From Tubulanus polymorphus (lineage: Eukaryota > Animalia > Nemertea), in the NCBI RefSeq assembly GCF_964204645.1, contig NC_134026.1, positions 6,905,950-6,969,949 of the forward strand: a stretch of DNA of 64,000 bases, read 5' to 3'. Below the pieces are notes generated by a model. The model ran no database searches and had not been told where the DNA came from. It was given only the letters and a program-made list of their open reading frames with translations. Shown in pieces: positions 14,500 to 26,410 of the stretch. Positions within the stretch are counted from its first letter, which is position 1. Each line of letters opens with the position of its first letter. The position numbers were made by a program, and so were the translations under genes.

Positions 14500-14648
14500 A
14501 TTAAGTGCGGCTATGAGCTTTGATGACGTGTACCCGTGGAGACCGGGAACTATCGGTGGTAACCAAAGTATGGCTGAGGTACGCGGAATTCGAACTCCTG
14601 ACCCATCAGGCGCAAGTCTTGTGCTCTACTAACTGGGCCATTGTGACT
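14500..14648 (-). mobile_element. tRNA-derived SINE (head plus part of body)
   Basis: Minus strand: tggcccagttagtagagc (A box) ... ggagttcgaattcc (B box), without a complete cloverleaf. The body motif agttcccggtct recurs near 34651. Confidence 0.55.
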
Positions 14649-15599
14649 GCGACGCGATACAGTACCGTAGAATTGCTTTGATGCAATAACAGTCTGTAAT
14701 TAGAATTCCCGATTGGCTGAAATTTTGTCTGCCTCCGTTTGCCCCCCCCCCCCACCCCTATCAATATTTTCACACCCGTTTATACCCGTTGCATTAGTTT
14801 ATACAATGATTGACTACCACACAAAATTTCAAATCGCAATTCTTCTCCACGGCGACGCTATTTGGTACATAGTTTCGTATTAACATATAGATGTGGAAGT
14901 AGAATTTACTCTGTTGAGTGTCTCGAGTCGAACACAATTTTGGAACTGGACACCGCTAAATATTTCACTGAAGAGTAAAACTAGATCTTTTTCAATTAGT
15001 CTAGAATTTTAAGTTGAAGTTACTTTGCCCCAAAATTTTTCGGGTTTGATTTGTACCTATCAAATGTGATTCATATTTAGCAAATCAAATCTTTTTTCCC
15101 AAAAGTAATATAGATTTATGCATTAATTTGAAGTATTTTTTGTAAATCTTAAAATTAATAGTTCAAAATGTTGTTTATTTTACATCATTCAAAGAACAAA
15201 GTGTCTGCGTATAGGAAAACATCTTGCTTTCGTTGGGTTCGAATTCTGAATCATTCAACTTTACTTGTATCAGATCAATTTCAAGTTTGTTGGGTTCGAA
15301 TCTGAAATATCTCAAAGTTTTCAAGTCTGATGAGCCAACCAATCAACATTTCACAAAATAACAGCATTTTTATATGTAACCGAATAACCAAATCAATTTT
15401 AGCGAAGTTCTATGGAGGCACAGCTACTGTGGCGAGCAAGGAGTCTGCGACGATCCGTCGAGACTGTAGAAATGCGCACAAGGAATAGAACAGGCGAAAT
15501 AGATGAAGCGACTGTCCGACTTCCGCCAACTGATAAAGAACTCGTCTAGAAAATATTTAGAAAAAATGTCCGAGAAAGTAAAAGAAAACAGAAAGAGAC

Positions 15600-16330
15600 C
15601 TTCATTAAAGAACTAGGAGAAATATTGTTAAGTTGTATCTTTGCCAAAAAGAAGGTTTTTCTCCGACTTTGTTGATTTCATGAAAGCTTTTGACTCGGTT
15701 TGCAAAGTAACTACGAACATGAAACAAAATGATTATATGAGCTATTTGAATAACCGGTAACATTTGAACATAGTTAAGAGTATTTGGCCCTATATTCTGT
15801 TAAATCATATATCAAGTATAATATTAATACATCACAATATATTTCGCAGCTGATCGAGGATTAAGACAAGGTGAAAACCTGTCGCCTATTCTTTTTTCTT
15901 TATTTATGAATGCTATTGAGGACTTTTTCAATTGTCGATGAAACACAACATTATCATTTATAGAAAACCAAAACTCGGGGTATGAACAGAATCTAAACAC
16001 TGCTCAATTTGGTTTCCATAGACGAGTGGCTGTCCAATATCAATAGTCGACAAAAACCCACAATAAAAAGAAAGCAGTTTTTGAAAATGGCTCATAGATT
16101 TGAGTCGAAACGTCAAACTACCAGATAGTTTTTCTTTTTATTGTGGTTTTTTGTCGACTACTGCTCAATTTGTCCATTATTCTATGTGCGGATGACACGG
16201 TCATTCTGGTCGCGGATGAGAGATCACTCTAGTTACACTTAAATACTTTTTCGAATGCTGTGCCGTTATCGGCCTCACTGGGAATGTCGATAAAACGGAA
16301 ATATTAGTTTTTGCGCAGAGTGAAATTAGA
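15600..16330 (+). mobile_element. Degenerate non-LTR retrotransposon (LINE) reverse transcriptase fragment
   Basis: Translated motifs FVDFMKAFDSV (~15668), GLRQGENLSPILFSLFMN (~15858), LCADDTVIL (YADD motif, ~16182) and NVDKTEILVF (~16283), interrupted by stops and an insertion. Confidence 0.85.
16012..16159 (+). mobile_element. 148-bp insertion with a 13-bp TSD, containing a 30-bp inverted repeat around a hammerhead-like core
   Basis: TSD actgctcaatttg at 15999-16011 and 16160-16172. IR arms 16044-16073 and 16131-16160 match 29/30. Core: agttt-TTGAAAA-tggctc..gagtc-GAAAC-GTC-aaact. Confidence 0.8.
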
Positions 16331-17783
16331 ATTAAGCAAATTCCGAAATTCATGTTTGGCAATCGGTAGTTGGAAATAGTTGAAGCTAACTGGAACGGCA
16401 ATTTTGCTAAGGCAAGAAAATATCATTAGAATAAAGCAATGAGAGCTATGTTTTCTATTATTCAAAGGGGTAGACGCCTGAAACTCCCAACTCCCAGTTT
16501 TGGGGCTATGGAAAACTTGACTTATCAGATATGCATTTTTGCAAAATCTTGATGAATGTATCGAAGTGTATTGTAAATAGTACACGTATATATCTGTATA
16601 TATTGTAAATAACCTAATTCTGTTTTTAAAATGTTGATATTTCTCTCTTAATATATGTATACATTTGTAAATAAAATTATTTATTATGTAAAGTAAATAA
16701 CTATTTTTCACTACGAATCTATTAACTGCAAATCGTGCCCCGTCTGGAAGTGTTATTGTACCTCATTTTCGGTGCATCACTGCTGGCCGCTGCTACCAGA
16801 ACTACACGTTGGATTGTTCGCTGATTGAGATCTGTTACGATCATGAATTATAAATGAACTCATTTATAAAACGAGCCGAGACGATTTCCGCAGATAGAAT
16901 CAAACACAGTGTTAACTACATCCGTCTCATTTATAATACATGCAACCGTTGATTTTATATCGGTAACATTTTTCTTAACGTCGACATCTTGAATAATTTA
17001 CGAAGCTGTTTTCGAGCGGAATTTCTAACGCGCCCAAACGACGCCCAAGGGTCCTGTTTGTGCCCTTTGTAACCCTCGATTGTGAGTGGTGTATCCCCGC
17101 GAGAGCGATCAGTAACAATAGCAACTACTACCGAATTAAAAGCCTTCAGAATTTACGACCGATTTGGGGAATTGTGGAGTTATTTTACAGTAGAGTGGCG
17201 ACAGATTACCGAGGAGTTTCAGTAATGAAAAAGAACCGCTTCACACGCCGCGTCTTAATAATCACCCGCTCGCTCTGAACTCGGGGAGGAGATTAGAATT
17301 TATTCCCGGTCTAAATTACCTCGCGCGGTTACAAGTAATAATCTGAGATTATGAAGTATTCTTTATCCCCCCCCTTAACTGCCGAATCGCGATGGAAACA
17401 ATTTCACGAAATAGTAATTCGGAGTTTTCTTATTTTAAATATGATCAATCTTGATTTGTGAACTGGTATTGAAGTTACTCCGCCGGTCACCTTCAACCTG
17501 AACCAACATTTAAGTAACTGGACCATAGTTGCTCAAAGTAATAAGTTCTCGCTTACAATTATTCAAGAGTTAAAACACCGCAAATGAACCGAAGTTGCTT
17601 AACCAAGTGGAACTAGGTCCATGGTTATGGTTATTCTTTACTTCTCATTACAACTTGATTATGATTTCGTAGTCTAGCGCATGACTATCCGCATTCTTCT
17701 TGGTTTCAACCAACTCTTAAACACTGATCATAAAATGAGATTTGAAAGAATTCATATTCCACGGTCATTAACGACGTGATTTT

Positions 17784-18260
17784 CCGCTAGATGGAGAACC
17801 AGTGCAGCGCGGACAAATTCAGTAGCTAAAAGAACTCTTAAAAAGGTATGTTTTCTAAACTCCAGTAGATTCTGCTTGTTGTAAACGTGGGTCCACCAGG
17901 CGTCGCTAGTGGACATCAACGTTGGGTAAGTGAAGGTGATGAAACCCTAAATGACTTTAATCGATATTAACAAGGCACTTGATTTGCCGGAGTTCTTCGT
18001 ATGAAGTGGAAACAATAACACATTTTAATACGTAACACGATTAAGTTTATGTCCCAGTGTTTGAAACGCCATCTGGTGGGGATGATATTCATTCAGTCAT
18101 CTAAAAGTAAAAATAAAGAGTACTGAAACTGGTAAAGATTGAAATGATAAAGTGTACATATATTAGTAATAAAAGCTCGATATGACAAATTTCTCCGTAT
18201 GAAAATTAGTAGCTCCATTATGATCAATTTTGTCGCACTGTCAGACACGCCATCTGGCGG
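17784..18260. promoter_or_regulatory. Cluster of four CTCF-like motifs
   Basis: ccgctagatggaga 17784 (+), ccaccaggcgtcgc 17893 (+), ccaccagatggcgt 18066-18079 (-), ccgccagatggcgt 18247-18260 (-). Motif match only. Confidence 0.45.
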
Positions 18261-19126
18261 TCTAGCTGTTAATTGATGGCTATATTGTGCTCGTTTAGTG
18301 ACGCGCGGGTGGTTTTACTAATTTCAACGAGTCAGGCGAATCGTTTATCATCAATCTCCTTCTCAGCTGCCGCTGGTGCTGGTGTGAGACCGTGGCGGCG
18401 GTGTCGCAGACCCCGTTACTAATTAGACCCGATATCAATGCGCGCGTCAAACGACAGTAATAGGGTTATAAAAACCCCGAATACCGGAAACGGTTTTACG
18501 TCCCCCACTTGACGGCTTTTACCGACGGCGCTGGGCGATGTGAAATTGATGTAGGAAATGATCAGTGACAGTTTTCAGTATCGAATCGCTTTGTAATAAT
18601 GTCACGTATTATAGTCGGTTTTGTGTGTGAATTGATGATAAGTAGGTGACAGTGTCAACATGATACTTCCTCGCTGACTTCCGTTTCTAATGGGCTCTGA
18701 TTATAGAAGCCTCTCACTCCCTCTCTCTCTCCTCTCACTGGCAGCTCTTATTATTTCTCAATGAATGCTCAGTCGATTCTAATTGATTGTTGTACACTTT
18801 CACCTTGATATCTTTACCGAAACTGAGAAATCATTTTCAGCTCGGTTCTGAATTGTTGGGAAGGGGGGGGGGTAGATGTTCATTATCGTTTAATCAAAAT
18901 CATGAATTTTGAAGTCCTGTAGTTCCATAGTTCTTCGCAAACAAGATTGTACTATCATTCATATTCAACCCGAGTATTCAAAACCAGCTTGGGTAATATA
19001 GCTTATCTTAACGACTTAACCAGTCGTTGTGTTGAAGACAACTTTGACTTTAGGTCTGCGCAACTAGCCCCTAGATCCATTTAGAAACAAATTTGTAATT
19101 CATATTTCAAACAAATTAACTAAGGG

Positions 19127-19315
19127 AGAACTATGGCACTGTGGCGCTGTGAAACTGTGGAACTACGGCATTGTGGAACTATGGCATTGTGGAACTGTGG
19201 AACTATGGCATTGTGGAACTATGGCGCTGTGGAAGTGTGGAACTATGGCATTGTGGAAATATGGCATTATGGAACTACGGCATTGTGGAACTATGGTGCT
19301 GTGGCGCGGTGGAAA
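19127..19315. repeat. Minisatellite of 16-bp (ggaactatggcattgt) and 8-bp (ggaactgt) units
   Basis: Visible tandem units; source of three overlapping WNYG/ELW repeat ORFs. Confidence 0.9.
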
Positions 19316-19924
19316 TCTATGTTGTAGTTAGAGACCTTAGGAATGTACTAATTACGGGGTGTTTTACCCGACGTGGCTTATAATAGTATCGATATCAAAT
19401 ACAACTTTCATCACCTCAGAACAAAATGAAGCCGCCATCAGCAGCATCCAGTAAGCAGGTAAACACATGGCATCACTATTAACATCAGGTGCTCAGTAAT
19501 AGCACTTCCCTATTATCAGACAAGTAAAATTTCATTTATGCCAATCTGTTAGCGATTGGTTTCGTTGTAAAAGTTGTCGGTTTTTCACGGGTTTATAACA
19601 GTATGATACACCGCAAGGCGTGAGGTAGTAGGCAGATACTGGTACTAGTAGCGAGATTGTTACAAACCTGAAGTAAATACTGTTTCTGCTTTTGCGCCGT
19701 GTGAGTAATGGCTTCATTCCTCGCGCCACCATCCTCTATTTTGCTACTGATCATCAAAACAACTCAATCAGCCGAAGGGAAAATATTGAGCCAATTTGTA
19801 GCCTCCTGGTTTGAGACATTTCTATAAATTTTGATTGATTTCCTATTGGAAATTTGAAACTTCAACGATCAGAAATCCGAACTAGACAAAGCGATTCCTA
19901 TAAATATTTACGAAATCGCTGCAT

Positions 19925-20374
<450 letters not shown>

Positions 20375-20414
20375 ACCACCGAGAACGTAACAAGCATTTT
20401 ATGCTTGTCATGAC

Positions 20415-20650
20415 GAGGGAGAGGGAGAGGGAGAGGGAGAGGGAGAGGGAGAGGGAGAGGGAGAGGGAGAGGGAGAGGGAGAGGGAGAAGGAGAAGGAGG
20501 AAGGGAGGAAGGGAGAAGGGGAGTGGAGAACGGAGAGGCGAGATAGGAGAGGGGAAAGGAGGAGGCGAGAAGGCAGAGGAAAAGGAAGATCGGAGAAGGG
20601 AGAAGGGGGAGGGAGAGGGGAAGAGGGTGAGGGGGAAGCGGAAAGAAAAG
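20415..20650. repeat. (GGGAGA)n followed by a degenerate purine-rich tract
   Basis: Pure array from 20416 to about 20488, then GA-rich sequence. Confidence 0.9.
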
Positions 20651-21195
20651 AGTCTCGCAATTAATACAGTCAGATTCATCAATGACATTGTTAACACGAC
20701 TTACATACGCCTCACCACATAATGAAGATGAATTACCAGTAACATATCGGCTGACTTGTTTTAATGGCAATCTAAAGCCAGCTATTTATTGCATTCAGTA
20801 ATCGTTTCGCGCTGAGACTGATCCGTTCTATTATACATCAGGATACAGAGCTCTGATTCAGTCTCATGGGACCCGAGCCGCCGTCGTGGCTGAAAAGCCG
20901 ATTGGAGCAGAGTAAGAATCGTAATTGATCACTAGAATTCAATTTAGAAATCTATCGTATGATCGTCGTTTCGTGAGTAGAACCGGTTTTAAAGATTATT
21001 AACCGCCGTCGTTTCCTCAGAAAATTACCTTTAAATTTCAATTTATTCGTCATCGCGGTTAAATGAGACGCGCATGCGCGATCGAAAGAGATCCGGGAAT
21101 TTATTCTATACCGAAACAAATCAGACACAATTTCTATTGATGATTTTATGAAAAGAATTCAGGGTCAATTTTATTGCTTAAAACAGATCTGTAAA

Positions 21196-21312
21196 CTCAG
21201 TTCCAGATTTCTGGATCTAGTTCCGCAGTTAAGGACCCAGTTCCATAATTCTGGATCCGGTTCAACAGTTCCGGGCCCAGTTCCACAGTACATACTCCAG
21301 TTCCACAAACCG
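21196..21312. repeat. Degenerate ~20-bp tandem array of the CCAGTTCCACAGTT motif
   Basis: cagttcc(a/g)(c/g/t)a.tt.(c)tggat/ccc units. Confidence 0.7.
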
Positions 21313-23033
21313 GGAGAGTAGAAGAGAAGGGGTCTCCCACACCGGGGGTAAAAGCAGGGGTAGAGTTATAATTCCAGTCGAGTAAGACTGATATTGGATA
21401 CAGAGTATTGAGGCCACGTGTATAGTATGTGCAATTGTTTGCTTATCCTGCACTCAGACACAATAAGATACTTGCGTAAAATGCGATCATGCGGCGAGGA
21501 CCCTTACCCGCCCGGGGATGTGTGGCGTAGGGGCCGGGATGGTATGTATAAGGAGTTCTTGTATCACCTGTTGTTACTATTAACAATATACAATAGAGTA
21601 TAGAGTTTACTGATCACCAGCTGTTTATAGTCTGTTACGAGCTTATTAACCACAGCGCTTAGACTTCACACGTTGAGTCCATATAATTAAACACTTCTAC
21701 TAATTAACGATTAATATTAATTGGTTCCCACTGCTACTGCTGTTGCTGCTGCCACTGCTGCTGCTAACTGTTTATTCCTATTGAACTTTTTTGTTAAACC
21801 GTTTTTAAACATTTAGCTATTTATTAAAAAATATCTTTTAAAAACATGTATCATCTGAGATAAGGATTCGGTTAGTTTGACTGAAATCGGGTCATTTCAT
21901 TTCAAATGTTTTCACCCAAGAATCAAACTTTAACTGTAGAAATGGATCCTACCGTGGAACATGGATGCTATGGGCCAGTTTTACTTAAGAATTGCTTAGA
22001 GAAAACCAGTGCATTTAACCATTGTAATTGTCCAACAGTTAACTGTAACTTTTTTGTACAACTAGCCACAGATGTATAAAATGAAGACATATTCAATACA
22101 TTTTCTTCGATTTCAAGAAAATTGTATTTTATACATTGTTTACACATTTACATGATGGTTTGTTAAAAGTAGGTATCGTTTCATCATTATTTATACTAAG
22201 CATATCCACTTCAAGTATCAGTAAAATGTGTCAATTCTGTCTGGATTTAATTTCCAAAAGTCACGTAATGATTACAACTAAATAGACCACAAACTATCTG
22301 TGTCAAACCGATCGTTAAAAAATGTTTTCGAAAACCTGAACTAAGTAGAAACAGATTTGACCTGTAAACCATTGATACGCCATGTGTTAGCTCTAGTCCC
22401 CGTTAGTTTTGGTACTGAATTATTCACGGAATTGCATTTGGGTTCGAACCCTAGAATAAACGGATACAAATTTGACGAATTCACCGCCTCGATCAATACA
22501 GTAAACAAGTAAATCAAAATCAAGTAATCAAAATCCGTACGAGATTGCAGTTTGGTTCGAATGCCAAATTTTACACATTAATATTAGTGAATATTGAAAT
22601 TTTTATATGTTTTTTTGTATCAATAAATTCGTAGCTTCGGCATATACATAAATGGAAATAAAAATAAATTCCGGAATTATATTGAAAATTGGGTTCGGAC
22701 CCCAAAATAAACAATTGAATGTTGAAACATTCAACAATCAACAGTCAATCCTCAGTTTCGGTAAGCAAATAAATATGAAATATAAACACCAATTGGCGGC
22801 TTCTTAACCAATTGTCTCTTAATCAATTGAGGAATCAAATGTCAGAAATATGTTGAAGAATCAACTCTGTTTTCTATACAACAAAGTCGAAGCTCTTTCT
22901 CGTAGAAAGAGGCGTTCCCGACGCTTTCGCGCATAATCGACAGAACACACCTCTTTACAGATTACCACCGACAAATCAGAGCTCGCCGAACTCAAATCGC
23001 GCTCGGCTGGTAAGACGATCAGTTTATTGCGAC

Positions 23034-23047
23034 AGCCAATTAGAAAC
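23034..23047 (+). promoter_or_regulatory. CCAAT-box / homeodomain-site motif upstream of NK1a, shared with NK1b
   Basis: AGCCAATTAGAAAC lies 339 bp before the ATG; an identical 14-mer is at 44065-44078. Confidence 0.6.
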
Positions 23048-23372
23048 GTGCACCTCTCCCATCGCGATATATCAATTAGATCTAAAAACATCAGTACACG
23101 TCGATACAGTTCGGGCAACGAGGATTTAACAAGGCGTGAATAAACGACAAGCGATATTTCCATTATCTCAAGTGCCAATAACTTTATAATAGACCAGAGG
23201 ACGAGACGGTACCAGCAGCAGCAGCAGCAGGTCTCACAACCGCCACAGAATCAGTCACGACAAGTTGACCTGCTATGACAATGTCATCACCGGTGCAGCA
23301 TTGTTAGTGTCACACGGGTTTCTCAGATTCAGTTTCGTTTAAACTATCTAGAATAATTCTATATAAACAGCG

Positions 23373-23931
23373 ATGACATCGACCTCGATGCTCGAAAATT
23401 CTTCGGACTCGAAAGATTTGGCCGCCAAAGACGCGGGACAAATAAATATGGATTGTTTACCGTCGGATTTATCGATTAAAAGTTCGTTATTGACGTTAGC
23501 GGCGCCCGGTAAAACGGATTCGAACGCTGCGATAAATTCGGGTTCGAACCCGGCGTCACCCTTGTCAAAAACCGTTCCGATATGCGCCATGACGAGCGCG
23601 CCTTCGACTACAACCACATCGTCACTTTCGTCTTCATCGCCGTGTCAACAATCGTCTCCACATCAACCGATAACTCAAGCGTCTCCTAGCAACGATTCAT
23701 CGTCGCCAATTTTAATCAGACCTCAACAACAACAACAGCATCAACAACAACAAAATGGCGGCAGCTCAAAAATTACCTCATTCAGCGTTGCCGATATACT
23801 GGACCCTAAAAAATTTACAGGAAACGCGGCCCCGATTCGTAAAACAGTTTGGCACCCGTGGATGGACCGAGTTGAAAGACGCGAATCTGATGACGATGAC
23901 GTCAGTTCTAACGCCGATAGTCTTAAAGACG
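23373..23931 (+). CDS. NK1: NK1/slouch homeobox gene, copy a, exon 1
   Basis: ATG 23373; S/P/Q-rich N-terminus; eh1/TN motif TSFSVADILDPKKF; WHPW motif; acidic stretch; donor G|gtaagt at 23931/23932 (phase 1). Confidence 0.9.
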
Positions 23932-26070
23932 GTAAGTTTTATTTATTAGAAGATTCTTGGAGTAATCAGTCCGATTATTCCTCGAAAGAAAGAACATCGC
24001 AATATCATCGGTTCGGGTTTATTATCTCGGGCTAATTCGGTGGGAGATGTAGAGATTATTTTCAAAATTTGCGTCCTGAATTTGCCTAGATTGCGTTATG
24101 CACAAAACGTGAAATATTTTCGAATCTAGAATATTTTCGTTGCCAAAAATATCTGGATATTCTTGTGTAGTAGACGGGCCCTGGCCTGAGTACCTATAGG
24201 GCCCGCACGGAATACCGGGGTGCCGGTTTTATAGACCGCATATTAAACTATCATCCCCTGGATAATCCGTAATCTAAAGCTTATAACTATGGAAGTAAAT
24301 GGCAAGTTTCGGGAGGCCCTAATAAGATTTTTTCTAAGCGCACATGCATACACAATATCATAAGCAACTGCCTTAAAGCAATATCGGGATCATAAAAGCC
24401 ATATGTAATCTTTCTCGTATATGAGCGACTCAAAGATATTGCGTTTATTTGAGTGTGAGTGTGAATTCGCGGTCAGCCCGGTCCAGCTATCAAGAATTTG
24501 GAAAAGAACTTATAATTAGGTCTTTTGTGATTCCTAATTTAGTTGCAGATTTGAAATTAGCTCATTCCAAATGTTATAACTGTTAATTGACCGTTGGATA
24601 TACCGTGCTCAAAAATCCTGCACAATAAGAATGATATGAGCCTGAAAGGTTTTCTTGGGCTGATGTTTTATTCGACTTTCTAAAATATTCATTATGATTT
24701 ATTTCTATTAATGGAGCACTCTCGATCCGTGTTGTAAAGATGATATAAAATCCATGCTGTACACTAAAAAAATAGAGTATTAGATATTTCGTTGAGGTTA
24801 CAATTCATTCGACATTCAGCAGGAAAATTGAAAGAAAAATGAAAAATAATGAACTGGAATTTTACAGGAAAACATGTTTTCCGATGAGTTTTTTTTAGCG
24901 GTGCCCCCCCTTTGGTCCTATCCTGAAAATACTGATACCAACTTCATATCAATTCAATCGTGATTACTCGTAGATTTTGCTCATATCAACTAAAATTCAT
25001 ATAAATTGCTGCATTTTCGTCTCGCCAGATTCGAACAATTTCATAGCGAATTATTCATCATCCAGCAAAATATTTTTGAGGTCTACACTTCGCCTATATA
25101 GAATAAAAAGATTTCCCATCAAAGGCTATAAGCCAATATACAGACAAACATTCAGTTTAGAAATAATGTTTCTTCTTTTTACGGAATAAAATACACTGTA
25201 TACATTTTTGTACCATGGACTCTGGAATCCATGATTACCGTACACATATGAAAATATTCTGAGTAGATATAATGGATGATATATTAGTTTTTTTAATGGA
25301 CTCTAATACGATTTAGAGTCCATGGCAGCGGCGGATCCAATGCTAATGGAAGGATACGGGGGGATCCCCTCTTAAAAAAGTCAAGTTGCCCCGAAATTTT
25401 GAGAAAAATGGAAATAACTAACAGATAGCAAAAGGTGTTCCCCTCCCTGATTCAGACTAGATCATTTTGCCCCCTAAACGGTTTTTTCTTGAATTTAGAA
25501 ATGAGAAATGTTTTACAAATTTGAATCGTTTTCACACACGCATACTCAGGAATGCGAAAAAAGCTTAGGAAATATTAATTGGTAGCCGTGTGGTTTTTGT
25601 ATATATCGCAAACTGCTTTATAAGGTGGGTGGCAAAAACCGCTCTTAAAAACTCAGCGCGATAAGTTAAATTGCAGATGTTCGCAGCTGTTCTAAAAGTG
25701 TCGCTTTAGCATCTGTACAACACGTTTATCCATCAAATATCGTTTCAACCAAATCATCTGTTCGGTTCTGCAACTTGCAGCTTCACTCGCAGCTGCTCGG
25801 CAGATGATACAATCTGTAAATAATTAGTCTCACTAAAAGTGGTGTCATTCGCCCTATTATTTATTTAGTTTAGTTACAATTAGCGTCCGTATAACACGGC
25901 TCAGCGGTAAACACTATACTCACTTTAGGCACATTACGTATTGTATATACAAATTACCCGCCATCAGTAGAACGTGGAAAAAACACTCGTTACAGACTCA
26001 ACGAGCCCGCTATTACATTCTTCTCATAAACACAGTCTAATAGACAACCATCTTTATCATCATTTCAGAG

Positions 26071-26410
26071 GGATCTCTCGAATTTCAGTGTCTTTAAAAA
26101 AGCCCTTTCTAAATTACCCTAACAGTGTAAGTGGAAAAATACAAAGTCTTAACGAGCACCCTATCAGATACGTCTCATAAATACTACATGGTAGATATAG
26201 TCTATAGACAGCCTTCTTCATTTCAGTATGATATCTAAGGATCTCTTGAATTTAAAAGTCTTTAAAAAGCTCTTACTAAATTACCCTAAAACATGAGTGT
26301 GAAAAAATACTGAGTTTTAACGAGCACCATCATTCTTCTCAAACGGTTTCAGACTAATAAACACTGTATCATCATTTCTGATAGTATCTGGATCCCTCAA
26401 ATTTCAGAAT
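26071..26410. repeat. Imperfect direct repeats in the NK1a intron (~167-bp period)
   Basis: ggatctct.gaattt..a.gtctttaaaaa.gc.ctt.ctaaattaccctaa...taacgagcacc near 26071 and 26238, with a partial copy near 26390. Confidence 0.7.

Noticed and set aside
19133-19383. Three overlapping repeat ORFs and a possible CRISPR-like array
   Set aside because: Contiguous 8/16-bp minisatellite with no unique spacers, in eukaryotic DNA with no cas genes.
23932-24035. C-terminal extension of the 220-aa ORF
   Set aside because: Read-through past the gtaagt donor into the intron.
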